A DNA stretch of 63,864 bases, filler included, from Octopus bimaculoides (taxonomy: Eukaryota), in assembly GCF_001194135.2 (NCBI RefSeq). It is 5 parts of 3 records of this genome, joined end to end, with 100 filler letters (N's around TTAATTAATTAA, not from the genome) between each part and the next. Parts side by side here need not be neighbours in the genome. Positions count along the whole stretch, not along the records: positions 49,914 to 62,496 come from NC_068982.1; positions 62,597 to 63,864 come from NW_026397554.1; 3 more parts are not named here. One strand, 5' to 3'. The translations under genes and the position numbers were made by a program. Shown here piece by piece: positions 59,106 to 63,864 of the stretch (the stretch's first letter is position 1; every line of letters begins with the position of its first letter). The notes beneath the pieces were generated by a model. It had not been told where the DNA came from. It ran no database searches and saw only the letters and a program-made list of their open reading frames with translations.

Positions 59106-59639
59106 CCAATATATAGGTCGCAGTTAGCTTTATTTATTTTGGATGAACACTTGTTGCAACATCTATTTCTTAACGTCGTTCACTAAACTCTTTCTCTGTA
59201 TAAGAAACAAGATTTCTGTTGCTTTTTGAGAAGTAACTTACAAGTCGTACAATTTTTCATATTGAATCTAATGGAAAGATCTGAATAAATATGAGAATCC
59301 TTAATTTTACTAAGATATTTGTATACGCAGAGCCATACATGGCTAACATTATCTGTAGTTATATAAAGGTAGGTATTGTAAGATTTAGGGAAACAAGAAC
59401 GAGCGATGAATAAACATGAAGAAGCATTGATAAACATTATACAAAAACGGATAATGAAAAATGTAAACGGTTATATATTTTAACAAACACATATATGCAT
59501 ACATATGCATACATATATATATGTGTTTATGTTTGTGTGTATGAGAACTTGTGTGTATATACACATGTAAACCCGCATACATCTATGAACAAATCTGATT
59601 TGAAAAAATAAGAACTTCGGCATACTTATAATTCTAGTT

Positions 59640-59890
59640 GGGTGAAGACAATGTTTTCTAGTTGTGTAATATGAGCTTGTCAACATGTCTGCTTTTCCCG
59701 AAAATCTCTGATCTTGTTTAAGAAGGCGTTTTCTTTTTGAGGGCTTTTCCTATTCTTTCTGCATCATCTGCACATAGATCACACTTTTGATTTGGTAAAG
59801 TCTGGATGTTTCCAGGAATTTCCATTTAATATTACATTATGAAGGCTTCAATTATAATTTACCAGTGTATTCGCCCAGTTTTGTACTGTT
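59640..59890 (-). mobile_element. Penelope-like GIY-YIG C-terminal fragment
   Basis: With frameshifts reads NIKWKFLETSRLYQ...KCDLCA...LLNKRSEI.GK.RH, the PLE endonuclease C-terminal Cys/His motif. Confidence 0.6.
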
Positions 59891-59892
59891 CC

Positions 59893-59950
<58 letters not shown>

Positions 59951-61894
59951 TTATTGCTAAGGGATTATCAATCCGGGCAAAATACTTTATAAACTCTATT
60001 TGCACATCAGGCTAACAATATCATTTAGATTGGTAAAGACATGTGTAAATGTGTGCGCGCGCGCACGTATGTATACGTATGTATGTATGTATATATATAT
60101 ATATATATATATACACGAGCATATGCTTATGTGTGTGCGTATCTATTGGGGGTGGTTGCAGCAGAAAGTGTGTGGTAGAAAAATAGCTTTTCAATTCTCG
60201 TTTGAAATTTTCTTGTTTGCTTTTTTAAAAAGAGTTATAGGAACTTCAGAACCTTTTTCCTCCAATAGAATTATATTTTCGATTTAACAGTAGTATAGTA
60301 AATTAAATGAGAACCATCTGTTAGTTCAACTACCTCCGAGCTCAAGATTTTATACCCGTTTGAAGTCATTTCACATCTCTTCTGAAGTCAATATTAGCGA
60401 CATGGTTTGCATGAACGGCGTGACTTTCTCTTTCCTCTGACCTGAATTTAAAGGCCTTTGTGTCTAGTAAGAAGAAACGTATATTTTCAATCCAACTTCA
60501 TTAATATTATCTTGTACAATTAATTGCAGTGGTTGAAGAAGGAATTTTATAATCTTTTAGAATTATTTGTATCGATTGGAAACAGAATTAATCAGAAAAC
60601 AAGAAGAATGAATAAAAAGATAATTAAACAAGCAGCCTGTAGAGAATTTTAAGAAAATGGGTGACATAGGAGTGAACATCGAGGCTTTTCTTTTTTCTTT
60701 TCTTTTTTTCAGTCAACAATATGATCCGCTAAATACGTTTTAAATTCCTTTGATAAGTGGACAGCTTTATGTCATAAAACTTCAGCACAAAGGAAGAAAT
60801 ACTTTCCAGATGTGGTATACATTACTTTATAAGAATATCTCAAATCGGAATTTTTGAAACTTTTCGGCTACAGTTATTTAATACTAAATATGGTGCAAAC
60901 ACCACGGAACACTAAGTATGCTGCTACAAGGCTGAATGAGAGAACCTGTTTTTATCATTAATGGAAACCAATTCAGCTCATTTATGTTATAAACACACCT
61001 GTGGAAGTTGTGAATGTCTCACCATTTCAAGTTTATACCTCAAAATTATATATTGGTGGCTTTAAGTCTAAGTAAGGAATCAAATTGAAGTCAATCGGAA
61101 AGCATTGATCTAAACCACATGGTTGACATGCCATCTTATCAATTTTCCTGATTAAAATATCCTTAACCACTGACATATGTCCCCAGCTGCGCCAAAGAAA
61201 CAGATATAATGAAGGCATGAGTTGTTATTCCTCTTAAAAATATTTATTCCTGCCTCAGATACTATTCTCTCATCTCATGTCTTTCAATGGATAATAATTG
61301 AAACTTTGAAATTGAAAAACATCCAAACATAGTCATTACCATGAATAACTAACTAAAACTCAATGTTGCTAAACTTTTTATGCTCTCAAATGATTTTTCA
61401 CAGAGAACTATATATATCTCTATCACTGGGACGGTATTGCAGAGAACTATATATATATCTCTATGTATGGGACGGTATTGAAATTACATATACAAACATC
61501 TTAGATTGTAACCAAAAAGAGGCTGTCCAGCTGGTTGACAAGTTTTCACTCGGTCCCTATACACTACGGCTACTGATCTAGAACTCATTATTTATTCTCA
61601 CTACTTCTGAATTATACACCGCTACTAAAATGACTTCTGATTCTCTGAACTAGTAAGTTGTATTATGACTTACAGCGAAGCACAACTGATGCGCGGAACG
61701 TTCAGTTGCTAAACAACCTTTCCAATGTTTCACGACTACAAAATACTTCGCTCAATCTTTCTTACCTCGCTTGCATCCCTCTCGAACTCTTCGACTCTCC
61801 ATGTTTTATAAAGCTGAATGAATATAACTAAGTAAACAAAACTGGCAAAAAATCCTGGCTGCTACTCTTCCTCTCTCCATCTGAATAATAATAA

Positions 61895-62105
61895 CAATAC
61901 TTTCAAATCTGGGCTCAAGGCCAGCAGGTTCGGGGAGCGTATAAGTCGATTACATCGACCAAGTGATCAATTGGAACTTATTTTATCGACCATGAAAACA
62001 TAAAATCAAGGTCGACCTCGGTGGAATCTGAATCCACAATATAATGGATGAAATGCAGCTAAGCATTTTGCCCGGCGCGTTAAAGATTCTGTCAACTCAC
62101 TCCCT
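61895..62105 (-). mobile_element. SINE family A
   Basis: GGCTCAAGGCCAGC...ATCGACC...AAGGTCGACCTCGGTGGAATCTGAA...TAAGCATTTTGCCCGGCG. Confidence 0.85.
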
Positions 62106-62136
<31 letters not shown>

Positions 62137-62149
62137 CTCTCTTTCTTTT

Positions 62150-62283
62150 ACTCTCTTTTACTTGTTTCAGCCATTTGACTGTGGCCATGCGGGAGCACCG
62201 CCTTTAGTCGAGCAAATCGACCCCAGGACTTATTCTTTGTAAGCCTAGTACTTATTTTATGGGTCTCTTTTGCCGAACCACTA

Positions 62284-62290
<7 letters not shown>
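62150..62290 (-). mobile_element. SINE family B 3' fragment
   Basis: CTTGTTTCAGCCATTTGACTGTGGCCATGCGGGAGCACCGCCTTTAGTCGAG. Confidence 0.88.
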
Positions 62291-62335
<45 letters not shown>

Positions 62336-63493
62336 TAATTCGTTTTATTGGCCACAAGGGCTAATATCAATTAAAAACATGTAAGGACAAAGACAGGACG
62401 AAGGTTACAAAATGTTTTGTCCAAAAAGGTAGGAAAGTTCGTCTAAACAGAGGAAGAAAACGGAGAAAGATATAACAAATAAATAGATAAATAAATNNNN
62501 NNNNNNNNNNNNNNNNNNNNNNNNNNNNNNNNNNNNNNNNTTAATTAATTAANNNNNNNNNNNNNNNNNNNNNNNNNNNNNNNNNNNNNNNNNNNNTTTT
62601 TTAATCTTTTTCATATCAAATTCTGATATAATCGTAATCTACACACACTGAAAGATACTTGTAGAAAATTTCATTAAAAAAAAGTATCCATTTTAGGGCA
62701 GCAAAGCCCATCCACGGAATTTTTTACCCCTATAATTTCCTATGCAATCAGGATCTACATCATCTGAAGCGTATTTGTAGAAAATTTCATTAAATGATTT
62801 CCATTTTTCTGGAAGTTATGATGAATCGAAGTCGGGGTTCGGCACATTTGTGTAGGTACACACACACAGAGCATTGAACTTGCCTTGTTTCTTTGGTGGT
62901 AGTGGTGGGCTTGTCACGAGTAGGTTTAGATCTGGCGTAACTCATATCTCTCTGCATACCACTACAGCCGACTTCTTTTCGACAGCGAGAGAGAGAAAGG
63001 GAGAGGGGGATTTAAACACACACATATGCACACACACACACATGCACACACACACACATATTAAAGGTCATGTGTTCATTGCAATACGTATTTTCTGAGT
63101 ATATATTGACGCATACTCCAGATATAAATTACATACATACTTGTACTGTATTACGTCTGCACTGAACAGATAGCGGGAAGAAGCTAGTGAAATTAATTGT
63201 TTGCACAAGTTTGTTCGAGTTGTTTGCAGTGAGGTAAGTAAAAGCATATATGTTAAATAAAATTTGCGGCAAAGTACCTCAGGAAGCGTTTTTTGAATGC
63301 TAAATACACACACTGTAGGCAGGGTCTTTCATTGACTGACTGTCAATTTTGGGTTTTTAATCATTCCTAAAGGGACTTCTGTGTTTAACCGATGTTTAAA
63401 GTTACTAGTTTAGTTATTGTTATTTGATGTTTAATTCTGGTTTCAGCACTGATTAATCTGAAGGCATAACTACAGAGTTCTACCCCCCCAGTA

Positions 63494-63686
63494 TGTGCAT
63501 CCGTAGATTTCTATTGAAGTAATAAGCAGAAAAGAGAAGCCGTCATAAGAAAACTTACGTTAAAAATAACATGCACATGATTTTTTTTTTCTCAATAGAA
63601 GTAAATTCCAAAGTAAACGTTTCTAGTAGAGAAGTAGAAGAGAACAGAAGCAGCGTATTACTTCATTGCAAATCTACGGATGCACA
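63494..63686. mobile_element. MITE with TIRs of about 33 bp, TA TSD (Tc1/mariner type)
   Basis: TA-TGTGCATCCGTAGATTT...AAATCTACGGATGCACA-TA; pairing continues imperfectly inward. Confidence 0.85.
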
Positions 63687-63864
63687 TAATAGAGAAAAAT
63701 GAAACAATTATGGACGACTTACTCCGAAACACCACCGAGTGGGGAACACTTCTCAAAAATAACCTGCAGTTGTTTCCTTCAAAATTCCTACATGCTCGAA
63801 ATGTACATACAACGAGGTATATTTGTAGAAAATTTCACGAAAAAATATTAATTTTCATGGAAGT

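Noticed and set aside
60700-61300. Possible antisense CR1-like RT relic
   Set aside because: Only a weak GDICQWLRIF*SG similarity; insufficient support.

Overview
AT-rich animal (eukaryotic) genomic scaffold, very rich in microsatellites and short repeats, with roughly 4 kb of N gaps. The repeat families look like those of a coleoid cephalopod, probably Octopus (inference from recognition, not verified). I can support no complete protein-coding gene, rRNA, true tRNA gene or CRISPR array. Almost all listed ORFs are simple-repeat or N-run artefacts, or broken transposon frames. The window is mostly intronic/intergenic DNA. It contains (i) several tRNA-headed SINE families, labelled here A, B, C, E, G and H; (ii) decayed LINEs (RTE, CR1/L2-group, Tx1) and Penelope-like elements (PLE); (iii) DNA transposon relics (mariner, hAT Charlie/Buster, Helitron) and MITEs; and (iv) three weak candidate host exons. 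The most interesting signal is a set of hammerhead ribozyme (HHR) motifs from several unrelated repeat families. They include a tRNA-promoter SINE (family H) that carries a PLE-type minimal hammerhead and occurs head-to-head, and a separate, apparently intact type I hammerhead at about 53.42-53.48 kb. Boundaries of degenerate repeats are approximate (tens of bp).
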